Shown one piece after another: positions 24,401 through 36,802 of a stretch of DNA of 64,000 bases. The notes beneath the pieces were generated by a model that did no database searches, was not told where the DNA came from, and saw only the letters and a program-made list of their open reading frames with translations. Within the stretch, counting starts at the first letter, position 1. The number at the start of each line of letters is the position of its first letter. The stretch is from Gracilinanus agilis. Lineage: Eukaryota. The stretch spans positions 323,977,008 to 324,041,007 of the forward strand of contig NC_058131.1 in the NCBI RefSeq assembly GCF_016433145.1, given 5' to 3'. Both the position numbers and the translations under genes were made by a program.

Positions 24401-25829
24401 GTTATAATTCAGCTTACAGTGTCTAATCAAAAGAATTTTAGTAAAATCCATTTGGTAATCTCTGGAATCAGTTAAAATGTTCTAGAAAATTCAAGGTTCA
24501 TTTTCAGCTTTAAATATAGTAAAGTTTTGGTGCTTATTTGAAAAATGATATAGTCTATGGTAGCTGAATAAAAAAATACCTCTTGACACAGTAGTATGAA
24601 TTGAACTCTAGATATCTGGAAATGATTTTTAAATTTATGTTAAGTAGAAGGAGCAGCCACTTCTAGTTGACTGTTAGTAGGAAACAAATAGCTGCTTGAA
24701 GGTTGGTCCTTACACAAGGGGGAGGAATCAAGGTGTGCTGTTTGTCAAAGTAAGAATAGTATGTGAATCTTCAAAATGTCTAGTTTTAAGTATTCATTTG
24801 TTAGTGCCTCCTAGTACTCTTCAGTGGGATCATGATCAGAGTAACTTAGCTTTAGGTAGGAAACATTGATTTATGATTATGAATGGTATAGCCTTGGGAA
24901 TTCTTTAGTAGGATATTAAGAAAATGTACTTAAGAATGAAAATAAGTATCTAGCCATTTCAAAGACATTTATAAATAATAATTCAAATTTATATGTTTTA
25001 AATTTTCAAAGCTCTTTAGGTACATTATCCCATTTGATCTTATAGCCAGGTAGTTAGTATGGACATTATCCTCATTTTATTGGTGAGAAAAAAACTCATA
25101 AAGCAGAACCGATTTACTCAGGGTTGCCCAGATGATTAGTGGCATAGTTCTAGGACCCAAATCTCCCAAAAAATAAAAGTCTGGTACTGTTTACCATATC
25201 ACATTGCCTCATGTAACATAGCATATGTCAGTGACTTTTGAAAAAGTAAACTTTACTATCATTTCAAAATAAAGCAAAATGACAAAATAACCAGTAGCAA
25301 CTACCGCAGTATTTAGTATGACCAGTATTATCTCCAACTACTGCCATTTTTAGAACTCTCAGCATTTTTGTGCTGTTGTGACTTTACTACTCTCTGTTGG
25401 GACTTAAGTGGAATTAAATAAGAGACCAAATCTGTGAATATCTAAAACAGCTAGCATAAAATAGGAATGGACTGAGAAGAGAAGGTGAAAGAGAGAAATA
25501 TGTCAGTTACCTTTTGTTTACATTATGCCAAACACTGGACAGACTTTTTTTTTTTATTCCACTGAATTGATTGACTGTTTTGGCATTCTTCCTGACTTTA
25601 AATGATAAAAAATCCGACACCCAGAGATTGAGGAGGAACAAGTTGAGTTGGTTAGGGAATTGGAAGTTCAAATGGGTGATAACAGTAAGTATGAGAACAC
25701 TGATAAAAACTTATGGGAGGCTGATGAGATCTCAGATTCTTAGAATTAGAAGTGGCCTTAGAGATTGTCTAGTCAGGATTAGAGTGCATACTTGGGGATC
25801 ATTCAGTTAGGAAGTGACTAGGGGTATCT

Positions 25830-25994
25830 CTCTCTCTCTCTTTCTCCCTTCTGTCTTAGAATTGATACTAAGTATCAGTTCCAAGTGAGTTGCCCAGGCC
25901 ACACAGCCAGGAAGTGTCTGAGGCCATATTTGAACCCAGGACCTCCAGTCTCCAGGGTTAGCTCTTTTATCTGCTGAGCCACCTAGCTGCCCCC
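25830..25994 (-). mobile_element. SINE1_Mdo-type SINE with (CT)n tail
   Basis: Reverse-complement SINE body; TSD tgact(a/t)ggggtatctc on both sides. Confidence 0.82.
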
Positions 25995-27318
25995 TGACTT
26001 GGGGTATCTCCTTGATATTATGAGCATGTATCTAAGACTTTTTAATGCATCCTAAGTTCTTAGGCTTTTCTGATAGGATCTGACTTGAACTGTTTAATTG
26101 CTTCTGCTAATTAATCAGAATTCTTTTTGTTTGCTGCTCTTCCTATTGTACTTATCAGAAAAATAATCCTAATGAACATGATTAATATTGTTTAATCAAA
26201 CTAAGAGAGTGCATTTATAAACTTTTTCCCCCCACAAAAGAACTGTGGTATGTACTGACCTGTTTCCCACTCTCTTAGACATGAGATTTCAGATTTTCAT
26301 AATTAATAGGATTGAGGTTAGGGAAAAACCAGTGGACAGATTTGGGCAGTGTAGTCTGCTTTCCCCACCTTTCTTTGTTCTTTCTTTGATATATTTCTTT
26401 GGTGATTTTTAGAGGATTCTTTCATATTTAACTTTTAACTGTTTTACTTTGCCTTGAGTAGCTTTTCTTAAGAGAAAGGAAAGTTGTCATTTGGTCACAT
26501 AAATGCATAGGCAACTCCAAACTTAATATTCTTTAACATTGTAGCTGATTGCTGAATATGTCCTACTTATCTCCAATTCCAGTAAGAATACTGTACTTTG
26601 GCTGAAGGGGCTGTCATTCATTGGAGACTGAGTAGACAGCATATTATAGAAATAGCTATTAGTACTCAAGTAAGACCTATGTTCTTGAAGTATGGAATAT
26701 CAAGGGTCATATTATATATTCCTACCTTGAACATAGTAAGCACATTCCTACTTCAAATAGTTGTCCAGTTGCCTTGGTTGGTACAAGGAATTTCAACTAG
26801 TATAGTTATGAGTCTGGCCCTTATTGCTTTAATTACAATCTTTCTGAAGGTGCTAGTAATGATGATGTTTTTGGTGATCATTGTATTTATCACCTTTTGT
26901 GATTTGGGCATCTGCATCTAGTATGAAAGGATTTTAAATATCTGTGATTGTTGTGACATGTCATTAAGCAAACAATTCTGAAATGGATTTCCCAAGTATT
27001 CTTTTATTCAGGTAATATGTTTCAGAGTAGAACCATTTGCTAATAACTGAATACACTGTACATTTTTTTACTTTGAAGATGCATGTGGCATGTGTTAGTC
27101 ACATAATGATACAGTTAGTTATAGTCACTACTATTTCAAAAATCATATTTTGTTAAAATGTTTATAAAGAAATGTATTTTCTTTTGTATGCATAGAGATA
27201 ACTGTAAGACATTTATGGTGCATTAACTATAAAAGTGTAACATATTAACTGTTTAACATGATGAAATAATGCCAAAGTTGATACTAATCTATAATATATA
27301 TTTTAGCATTCATACTTG

Positions 27319-27546
27319 NNNNNNNNNNNNNNNNNNNNNNNNNNNNNNNNNNNNNNNNNNNNNNNNNNNNNNNNNNNNNNNNNNNNNNNNNNNNNNNNNN
27401 NNNNNNNNNNNNNNNNNNNNNNNNNNNNNNNNNNNNNNNNNNNNNNNNNNNNNNNNNNNNNNNNNNNNNNNNNNNNNNNNNNNNNNNNNNNNNNNNNNNN
27501 NNNNNNNNNNNNNNNNNNNNNNNNNNNNNNNNNNNNNNNNNNNNNN
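27319..27546. other. Assembly gap (228 N) covering the FBXW2 start
   Basis: N run; sequence resumes in frame at ...[10 protein letters not shown]. Confidence 0.99.
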
Positions 27547-27875
27547 AGACTTCCTCAAACTTCTTCCCCTGGAACTCAGTTTTTATTTGTTAAAATGGCT
27601 CGATCCTCAGACCTTACTCACATGTTGCCTCGTCTCTAAGCAGTGGAATAAGGTTATAAGTGCCTGTACAGAGGTATGGCAGACAGCCTGTAGAAACTTG
27701 GGCTGGCAGATAGATGATTCCGTTCAGGACGCTTTGCATTGGAAGAAAGTTTATTTGAAGGCAATTTTGAGAATGAAGCAATTGAAGGACCATGAAGCCT
27801 TTGAGACCTCATCATTAATTGGACACAGTGCCAGAGTATATGCACTTTACTACAAGGATGGACTTCTCTGTACAG
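27547..27875 (+). CDS. FBXW2: FBXW2 first coding exon (visible 3' part: F-box and start of WD40)
   Basis: [36 protein letters not shown] (F-box) ... [19 protein letters not shown]|gtagga; ATG inferred near 27386 inside the gap. Confidence 0.95.
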
Positions 27876-28129
27876 GTAGGAAATGCAGTGACTCAATAAG
27901 CATGATAGTAATTCTGTTATGGTGTAACTTTTTAAGCAAACTTCTTAAAATTGTGGTTGACAAATGCTAAAATTTTCTCCCCACTTTCTCTTGCTAAAAG
28001 GAAAAAGAAAAATTTCTAACAATTCTCTCCTTCTTTCCTCCCCTTCCTCCTCCCATTTCTATAAGTAGAAATCTTCAGGGATTCCTGAGATATGACAAGA
28101 AATGAAATTAAAACCAATTTATTGCCTAA

Positions 28130-28790
28130 CTTTCCCCTGCTGGTTAGTGGAAAGAATATAGGCTTCAGTTAAATAGCCTTGTAACACATAGGTTCAAGAA
28201 ATAAACTTTGTAAATACAAGGGTTAGATTTCAATTTTTTAAAATCTGGGGGCTTAAGTGAACCACAGGCTCAATATGAGTGAGTTGGGCGTTAGAAGCTT
28301 TAAAAAAAATGCGATCTGTTCTTGAGCTGCATTAAGGTATATCTTGAAGGAGAAGAATATTGTAGTCCCACTGTATTCTGCCTTTGTCAAACCATGTCTG
28401 GGAGCAGTTTGGTGGCTTAGTGGTTAAGAGAGCCAGGCCTGGAGACAGGAGGTCCTAGGTTCAAGTCTGGCCTCAGACACTTGGTAGCTATATGGTCCTG
28501 GGCAAGTCACTTAACCCCAATTGCCTAGCTCTTATTCTGCCTATGGAACGTAAGGGTTGTTTTTTTAAAATCATGTCTATAATATTGTGTTTAGTTGTGG
28601 ATAGCATATTTTAGGAAGGGCTAAATAAAGTGGAGAGTATTGAGAGGAGAGTAACCAAGATGGTGGACTTTGAAATCTGTGATATTTGAGAATTAATTGG
28701 GAGAACTAGAGATGTTTAGCCTGGAGAAAAGAAGGCTAAAACCTTTATGTTCCTGAAAGGTTGTCATGTGAAAGAGAGATTAGATTTTGA
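28130..28790 (+). mobile_element. L3/CR1 LINE fragment interrupted by a SINE
   Basis: Degenerate ILGCI...[20 protein letters not shown] and tttagcctggagaaaaga motifs of CR1 ORF2; boundaries approximate. Confidence 0.65.
28400..28567 (+). mobile_element. SINE1_Mdo-type SINE
   Basis: SINE head/CORE; TSD aaa(c/t)catgtct. Confidence 0.82.
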
Positions 28791-28849
28791 ATTAGAGACA
28801 AAGATGTAGAACTGAAAGAAAGGTCTTATTGCGTTATTAATATTATTAA

Positions 28850-29010
28850 CCTAGGGACCATAAATGTGTTTTCTTAAGATTTTGATAACTATATTTCATT
28901 ATAATTGGGTTCCTTTTAAATACCATATTCTTTATTTTATGTATTTTTAAATATTCTGGGGAGGATCTATAGGTTTTGCCAGATGACCAAAAGCATCTGT
29001 GACACAAAAG
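28850..29010. mobile_element. Ancient hAT-Charlie-type MITE remnant (related copy at ~31350-31545)
   Basis: ttggtttcctttgtaatccta...ccatggcacaaaaaaggtt signature shared by both copies. Confidence 0.5.
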
Positions 29011-30614
29011 GCTAAGAACTTTGAGTATAATCTAATCTCACTTTTCAGTTCAGAAAACTGAAGCCCAGAGAGATAAAGTCACTTGTTGAAGGTCACACAA
29101 AGATTAAGAGGCAGAAGTAAGATTTAAACCCAAGACTTGACTCTAGACCATTGCTCTTTGTATTAGACCATGATGACTTTGTTCTTCTTGTCCCCAAAAG
29201 AAAGAAGTTGAAATAATGAAAGAGAAGTTTCGGAGAGGCAGAGGCATGATAAAATAAAAACTTTAATGCAGAGATATTCCAAAATGTTACAAGCTGCTTT
29301 GGGGGTAATGGGTTCCCCAACCTTAGGTATTCAAGAAAAGGTTTAAGTGTTGTAAAGGACATCATTTTGGAGTGTTAATTGAACTAAGATGGTTGCTAAA
29401 GTACCTTTCAAGTCTGAGATTCTGTGATTCCTTGACCTTGAGTAACTAATTTAACCTCTTTCAACTTAACTAAAAAGTTTATCTCTCTCAAGACCTGGTC
29501 CAATCCTCTTCCCACTTGATAAATATTTGTTGATTTGCCTTATTTGAATAATGAGCAGTTGGGCTAGGTTATTTCTAAAGTCTTCTTTAGGGCTAGCAGC
29601 CCTTCTCTATGTCTACTAAGATGAGAGATAAGAGGATAAAAAGTAGGATTTTTCCATCTCCACTCTCTAATACGTCTGATATTCCTCCCAGAATAGTCTC
29701 ATGATCCTTTCTGGTTGTGCCATTCTTGTGATTAAAAAAAAGTCTTCATGCCTGGCATTCACCTTCTTATTTTTGCCTGGCATTCAAGGGCCTTCTTAAT
29801 GTGACGCACTATTGAATATCATATTACATCCCTCAAAGTAATCTCTGTGGAGTCAAACTAGACTGCTCTTTGGCTAGAGAATGAGCCCCGCCTGCACCTT
29901 CTTCCTCTGTGCTTTGCTTTGCCTGAAATAGCTTCCCCTTCTTTCTTTGCCTATTGCGTTCCCATCTTGTAACACCATTTCACTTGCTATGAAACCTTTC
30001 TTGATTCTTCTTTCTATGGTAATATTCTTCATATAGATATAAAGTAGTTCTCTTAACATTTTAAAAAATCAAATTCTATTGTACTTTAATCCATTTTTGT
30101 GTATGATGTCTGTGAGGTTTTTATAATTTATATGGTCATATTTAAAGCTGGAAAGGAAGAGTTTAACCTCCTCATTTTACAAATGAGGAAACATTCTCAA
30201 AGAGGTAAAGAGACTTGCTGAAGTTCACATGGCTAGTAAAAGGCCAAATCAGGTTTTAAACCCAAATCCTCTATTTCAAAAATCAGTGCTCTTTCTACTT
30301 TGCCACTCCTGTCTTTTTGGACAGAAGGGGGGAAAAATGGGTACCTACATGACTGATATGTGGTAGAGAATCAAGTATTGTTTATATACTGTTGGGTAAT
30401 AATTTTAACAGACTGATATGTAGAGAGCAGGACATGAAAAATGTCCAGCTGTGTTGATTTAAAAAAAAAAAAAAAAGCAGGGCAGAGAGTTAATAATGAT
30501 GAGAGAGGAATGAGGGGGAGAAAAAATGGTGTGGAATTTTAAAACAAATTAAAGTGCTTATTATTTAAATTTCTATTTGTTTAAGCAAACCAGTTTGTCA
30601 AAGTCACAGAAAGG

Positions 30615-30825
30615 GATAGCTAGGTGGCGCTGAGAATAGAAATCCAGACCTGGAGATGGGAGGTCTTGGATTCAAATCTACCCTCAGACACTTCCTAGCT
30701 ATGTGATCCTGGGCAAGTCACTTAACTCCCTTTGTCTAGAGTCCATTGCCTAATCTTTACCGTTCTTCTACCTCAGAACCAGTACTTAGTATTAATTCCA
30801 AGAAAGAAGGTAAGGATTGAAAAAA
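30615..30825 (+). mobile_element. SINE1_Mdo-type SINE
   Basis: gggatagctaggtggcgctgagaatagaaatccagacctggagatgggagg... Confidence 0.8.
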
Positions 30826-30942
30826 AGTCACCAAAAACTGACATACTATTTTAAGAAGCTGGTATTTGAATACTGAAGTTTTAAAAGCATATTGCTAGTG
30901 TTTCTTAGTGTATCAGTTGTTCATTAGAAAATGGTATTAGGA

Positions 30943-31132
30943 GGAGGCAGCTGGGTAGCACAGTGAATTGAAAGCCAGGCCTAGAGATGAGAGGTCCTAG
31001 GTTCAAATCTGGCCTCAGATACTTCCTAGCTGTGTGACCATGGGCAAGTCACTTAACTCCCATTGCCTAGCCCTTACCACTGTTATGCCTTGGAGTCAAT
31101 ACTGTGTATTAGCTCCAAGATGGAAGGTAAGG
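30943..31132 (+). mobile_element. SINE1_Mdo-type SINE (hairpin core inverted)
   Basis: ggaggcagctgggtagcacagtgaattgaaagccagg...; tail runs into (GGAA)n. Confidence 0.88.
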
Positions 31133-31210
31133 GGAAGGAAGGAAGGAAGGAAGGAAGGAAGGAAGGAAGGAAGGAAGGAAGGAAGGAAGGAAGGAAGGAA
31201 GGAAGGAAGG
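31133..31210 (+). repeat. (GGAA)n microsatellite born from a SINE tail
   Basis: About 19 perfect GGAA units directly after SINE ggaaggtaagggg. Confidence 0.97.
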
Positions 31211-31564
31211 TAGGTAATGGCATTAGAGTACATCCAGCTGTAGCATTTGTATACCTACATTAAAATATCACCTTATGTGATGTGATTATGCTTTCTCAGC
31301 GGTAATAAAAGATAAAGAATATTTTCCAAAATTCTGTTAATCCAAGCCATAGATAGAGCAGGGTTTGTGAATTTTAAAAAACCTTTATACATACATCCAT
31401 AAAACTTTTGGCAAAACTGGTTTCCTTTGTAATCCTATACATTTTATATACTTAAACTTTTTTTTGGTGGGGAGGGTCCTTAGGTTTTTTTTTTTAGATT
31501 GTCAAAGAAATCCATGGCACAAAAAAAGGTTTTAAGCTTCTGCCACAAAGGGGCTTCCTAGTCC

Positions 31565-31631
31565 TTTTGATATTAAAAACAAAACCAGAAAAATACTAAA
31601 AATTTTGATACTAAAAACAAAACCAGAAAAA
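31565..31631 (+). repeat. 29-bp direct repeat, period 38
   Basis: ttttgata(t/c)taaaaacaaaaccagaaaaa at 31565 and 31603. Confidence 0.85.
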
Positions 31632-33987
31632 CCTTGATCTTTCTGTCATCTCTTCTCCCCCACCCCCTTTCTTTCTCTCCTCCCTCCCTCTTTTCCTGGA
31701 TCATAAGCTACCATGTTTTATCTGTATTTTGCCTCTCTTTCTGTTCCTAGCCCAGTTCTTTGCATAGTAATTATTTAATAAATTTTTGTAAAACGAGTGA
31801 ATGAGGGAAGGTAAGTTAGTGGAGAACTTTTAAACATTTTGTAGAAATTGGCCCTTTGATATGAAAGAACATATGAACTTGGTGTCATCATAATGCTGCC
31901 TTTTAGAATGTAAAATCATGGCACAGTCTCACTATCAGGAGAGTATGTATTCTAAATGACTTTTCTTTTGTAGTTTTGATGAAGGTACATACATCAATCC
32001 ATATTCTTATGTCAGGCATTTTTTGAAGAGGAACTCTTCAGTTTGACAGTGGGACAGAACTTTGTGGAACTTGGATGTTCTTGAGACAGTATAATATATT
32101 GGGAAAGGCCCTGGGTTTGTAGTGAGAAGACCTTAGTTTGAGTCTGAGATTTGCCACTGGCTAGTTTGGTGACTTTGCAAGTCACTTAATATTGTCTGGT
32201 CATTCAAACAAATATTGTGATGTTGTGGATAAAAAGGTGAATTGGCATCAGGAATAATTAGGTTCAAATCCTGTTTCTGGCAGGTTTGACCATGAGCAGG
32301 TCATTTAACTTCTGAACTTCAATTTTCTTATGTAAAATGAAGGTAATTACACCTATAGTACTACTTACCATTCAGAATTGTTGTGAGGAATAAATGAAGT
32401 TAGGTATGCAAAATTAGTAGTGTGATGGAAACAGTCATACTGAATTTCCAATCAAAAGCTTGGGTTCAAATATTGATTAGCTGTATGACCCAGGACAGGT
32501 CACATAACCCTGGTTGCCTAGCTCTTACTGCTCTTTTGCCTTGGAACTAATATTTGGTATTGATTCTAAGACAAAAGGTAAAGGTTTGGGGGAGGGGGAG
32601 AGGAGAAGAAACTGAGAAGAGAACATTGAGAAAGCAGTGTCTGAAAGCTGAGAAAAAAGAATATACCCAGGCAGAGAGTGGTCAGCAAAGTCTGCATGAG
32701 GTCAGGGAAGATGGAGATTCCTCCAAAAAAAAAATTAGATTTAGTAATCAGAAATTGTTGGCAACCTTGGGAGGGAATGTTTTTATTGAAATGGTAAAGT
32801 AAAACCATATTGAGAGGAAGGGGATGTTGAAAAGTGAAGGGGGAGGTGGAGTAAAGACAATTTTTTTTTTTAAGGATGAAGAAAACCTAGGTTTTTGTAA
32901 CTATTTAACTTCTCTTTAACCCTAACTTTTCTTTCCCATAAAATGAGAAGTGGGACTAAAAGATCTCAAAGGTCTCTTTTAGCAATAAGTTTTAAAATCT
33001 GTCTCTATTCCTGTTCCTTTTTTGGCAAGGAGGGCATTTAGCCTAGTAGTTACTAATGTGTACATGAAGAAATGTGCCTGAATGCTTCAAATGATCAAAA
33101 ATTTGAATGCAACATGTAGTAAGCAGTTGTCTTATGCCAATGATTAGCAGTTAATCTGTTTTAGAGTAATGCTTGCATACATTTTATCTTGTTAATTCAG
33201 TGGCAGTTGAGCTTCTATTGTAAATGTATTGTGAACTTTTTGAACATCACTTCCAGAAAGGACTAGTTAATAATTCAATGCCAATTAGAAGGAATACAGA
33301 ACAATGAAAGGAAAAATGAAAAGAAAAGGCTTCCTCTGCCTCCTTAGTCATAATTTTAATTAATAGTAGAATCCTGGGTATTTTTAAGTCCAGATCCACA
33401 TCTTGATCTGTCAGATAAGTGAACTTTGGATGTATTTTAGCTAAGATCTGTTAAGATGATTTGTATTATTTATATTTATATTCACTGCTTTTTCCTGCTT
33501 ACGTTGAAGCATTTATTCCTTTTTGGTATTTTTATTAGTATTAAGATATTATTTGCTTTCAAAATAGAGTAAAAGTTATAAGATATTTATTTTTATTTCT
33601 GCTTTGTGTGAAACCAAGCAATTCATACTTATTGAGTGCCCAGAATATTTAAAGAGATTGAAGATGAAGAATTAATTTTTTTTTATATAGTTGCATGAAG
33701 CAATAGAACAAACCACTGAACTGGGAATCAGTTATTCTAGTTTCTATTCTTCAGTGCTACCATTAACATATTCCATGATTATTGGACTAATTGCTTCACC
33801 TTATTGGGTCCCAATTTTCTTAGTCTTTCAAATAAGTGGACTTTTAGAGACTGCACTGAATTAGTAGCATGCTTGACTATTTCTGATAATCAAAAATCTT
33901 AATGTAATTCTAGAGGCAATAGGGAGCCGAGGACATTTTTGAGTAGTGAAAGACTTGATCACACCAGTGGTTTAGAAATATTATTTT

Positions 33988-34204
33988 GGGGGGCAGCTGG
34001 GTAGCTCAGTGAATTGAGAGCCAGACCTAGAGATGGGAGGTCCTAGGTTCAAATCTGGCCTCAGACACTTCCCAGCTGTATGACTTTGGGCAAGTCACTT
34101 ACCCCCCATTGCCTAGCCCTTACCACTCTTCTGCCTTGGAGCCAATACACAGTATTGACTCCAAGATGGAAAGTAAGGGTTAAAATATATATATATATAT
34201 ATAT
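33988..34204 (+). mobile_element. SINE1_Mdo-type SINE, long-tail hairpin form, (TA)n tail
   Basis: Near-consensus copy; hairpin 34117-34179. Confidence 0.92.
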
Positions 34205-34229
34205 AATTTTGGCAGCTCTTTGCTTCTAA

Positions 34230-35240
34230 GGGAAGCCACTTAGGAGGCTTTTGGAATAGTCCCAGGGAGAAGTATTGAAGGTCTGAATTAGAGAGTAGTG
34301 GCATAGTAGAAAGAAGAGGACAGATGGGAGATATATGGAGGCAGAATTGATAAAGACTTATTAGCTGATTGGACATAGGGAGGAAAAAATAATAGGCCAC
34401 TATGCTAACCTCAGTGACTGGTTCCCCTTACCTTACTAAAATAAGGGAGTTGGTTGGTGGAATGGGTTGGGGAGGAAAGATAATAATTTAGTTTTAATTT
34501 GGACATACTGAGTTTAGGTTACCACCAGGACTATAAGTATAGAAGGTATTTGGTGTTTTATGACTAGGATTCAGAAGAGAAACTAGAACTGTGTAGATTT
34601 AAGAGTCATCTTCATAGAGAAGATAATTGAACCCATGGAAATTGAGGAAATTGCTAAGAGAAAAGAAAGAAAGGAAGGGAGAGAGAGAGAATGAAGGCTC
34701 AGAACAGAAGTACCAACAGTGAAGGGTGGGAGATGGATGATGATCTAGTAAAAGAAACTGAGAAGGGGCATTTAGGTGAGTCAGTGGTTAGAGAGCCAGA
34801 TCTAAAGATGGAAGGTCCTGGGTTCAAATGTGACCTCAGATACTTCTTAGCTGTGTGACCCTGGGCAAGTCACTTAACCCCAATTGCCTAGCCTTTACTG
34901 CTCTTCTGCCTTGGAACCAATTCTTAGTATTGATTCTAAGAAAAAAAGATAAGGGTTTAGAGGGAAAAAAAGAAAAGAAACTTAAGAGAACCAAGAGAGA
35001 ACAGTGTCTGAAAGCTAGGGAAGAAGAAAGTACCTAGGCAAAGAGGGCTGTCAACAAAGTCAGCATGAGGTCAAAGAAGATGAAGACTCATCGAAAAAAG
35101 ATTGGATTTATTAATTAGGAAGTTGGTGGTAACTTTGGGGAGAGTGATTTCATTGAGGCAAAGGAAAACCATATTGAGAGGAAAGTGAGGTTGGAAAATG
35201 AAGGGGAAGTGAAGTAGGAGCAACAATTGGATTTTTTTTT
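34230..35240 (-). mobile_element. L2 fragment interrupted by a SINE (34765-34975, +)
   Basis: Purine-rich L2 antisense text; SINE flanked by aaagaaact(g/t)aga duplication. Confidence 0.65.
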
Positions 35241-36802
35241 TAGGAATTTAGTCTATGCTTCCTTATTATCTTCCCCATTAGACTATAAGCTCCTTGAAGA
35301 CAAGGACTGCCTTTTGCCTCTTTTTGTAACCCTAGCCCTGGGCCTGACACACAGCCTGACAGATAGTAGGTACTTAATAAATACTTATTGAATTAAATAG
35401 GCAGCAAGAAATGGGATAGTAGGCAAAGAGAGATTTAAAAGATTGTGGATGTATGTTAGAAAGGATAGTAAAAAAGGTAATCAGGAATACATAGGAAATA
35501 GTGGGAAGTAGCATTTGAGCTTTGGGTTAGAGATGAAAGTAACTTATTCACAGTTTCACACCTAGTTTATTGGTAGAGTTATGCATCAAACACAATTCCT
35601 TTACTCCCATATTCATTGTTTTTTACTTTACCATGTTGCCCCTCCAATTTGACTTTGATTCAAGGAAAGTTGTATATCCTAAACTGATGTTTTGTATAAC
35701 AAAAGCCTATATTTTTAATTGGAAAATATTTTTTATCTCAATACATTATTCTTTCACAAATAATGCCCTTTCCTTTATCTGCAACTATAGAATTTAGCTA
35801 AAATTCTTTAAATAGAAATACTAATCAATTTATAGATTTATAAACATTCCATTTTGGAATGGAGCAAACTTTCATTACTGTCATCTAAGCAGTTGTGCTT
35901 TGGAGTATTGTGTGCTTAAGTTCATCTCGTAAGTTTTACTTTACCCTCACAAATTAATTGTTAAGAGAGACTTTGAACTTGGAAAAGAAAGGCCTGAATT
36001 TGAGTACTCATTTGCTGCTTATTAGCCATGTAATCTTGGACAAGCATTAACTTAAGCCTCAGTTTCCAAATCTTACAAAGGGAGATAATTTTTCTACTCT
36101 ATAACCCACAAGGTTGCTGTGAGGATGGTGCTTTTCTACACTGTAAAGAATTTTATAAACATCAATTATGACTCCAGAGGGAAGATTGAATGAATAAATT
36201 AATGTAAGCCTCTTTTATTTATTTGAATCATAGAATCATACACTTAAAGTTGAGACCAAAGAAATCATGTCCAGCCTCCTAATTTTACATAGAAAGAAAC
36301 TGAGGTAAAGACAGTTGAAATTTATTTTTCAGGGTCACACAGATAATAAATGTTAGAACCTGGATTTGAACCCAGGTTGTCTCACTCCAAATTTGGTGTT
36401 CTTTTAATTACTTAATCTAAAATTCTCATTAAGCTTATAGTAAGAGATAAAATCCTTCATCTCCAAAGAACCCAGGTCAAAGTAAGAATATTCTTTTTGC
36501 CATTTCATAGAACTTAGGGACATTAGAGATCATTTAATCCCAAGAAATGAGTCACTCTTGTTTTCTGAATAATACAAGTAGGTGGTGCTGTGGATAAAGT
36601 GCTGATCTTGGAGTCAAAATGACCTTGAGTCCAAATGGGACCTCAGGTGCTCATTAGCTGTGTGACCCTGGGGCAAGTCAGTCATCCTATGTTCAGTTTC
36701 CTCAACTGTAAAATGGGATAACAGCACCTACTTTACAGAGTTGTTGAGTAGATCAAATAATATTTGTAAAGCCCTTATTAGCACAGTGTTTGGCACATAG
36801 CA

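Noticed and set aside
26598-26921. 107-aa hydrophobic ORF in an FBXW2 intron (membrane micropeptide or numt?)
   Set aside because: TTG start, no match to mitochondrial or known proteins I can recognise; T-rich DNA yields hydrophobic ORFs by chance
27269-27318. ATG at 27269 as the FBXW2 start (MPKLILIY...)
   Set aside because: AT-rich intronic sequence in frame only because of the N-run length; unlike the FBXW2 N-terminus
31133-31210. (GGAA)n as an ETS-fusion-type enhancer
   Set aside because: It arises from the SINE tail; no evidence of function in this species
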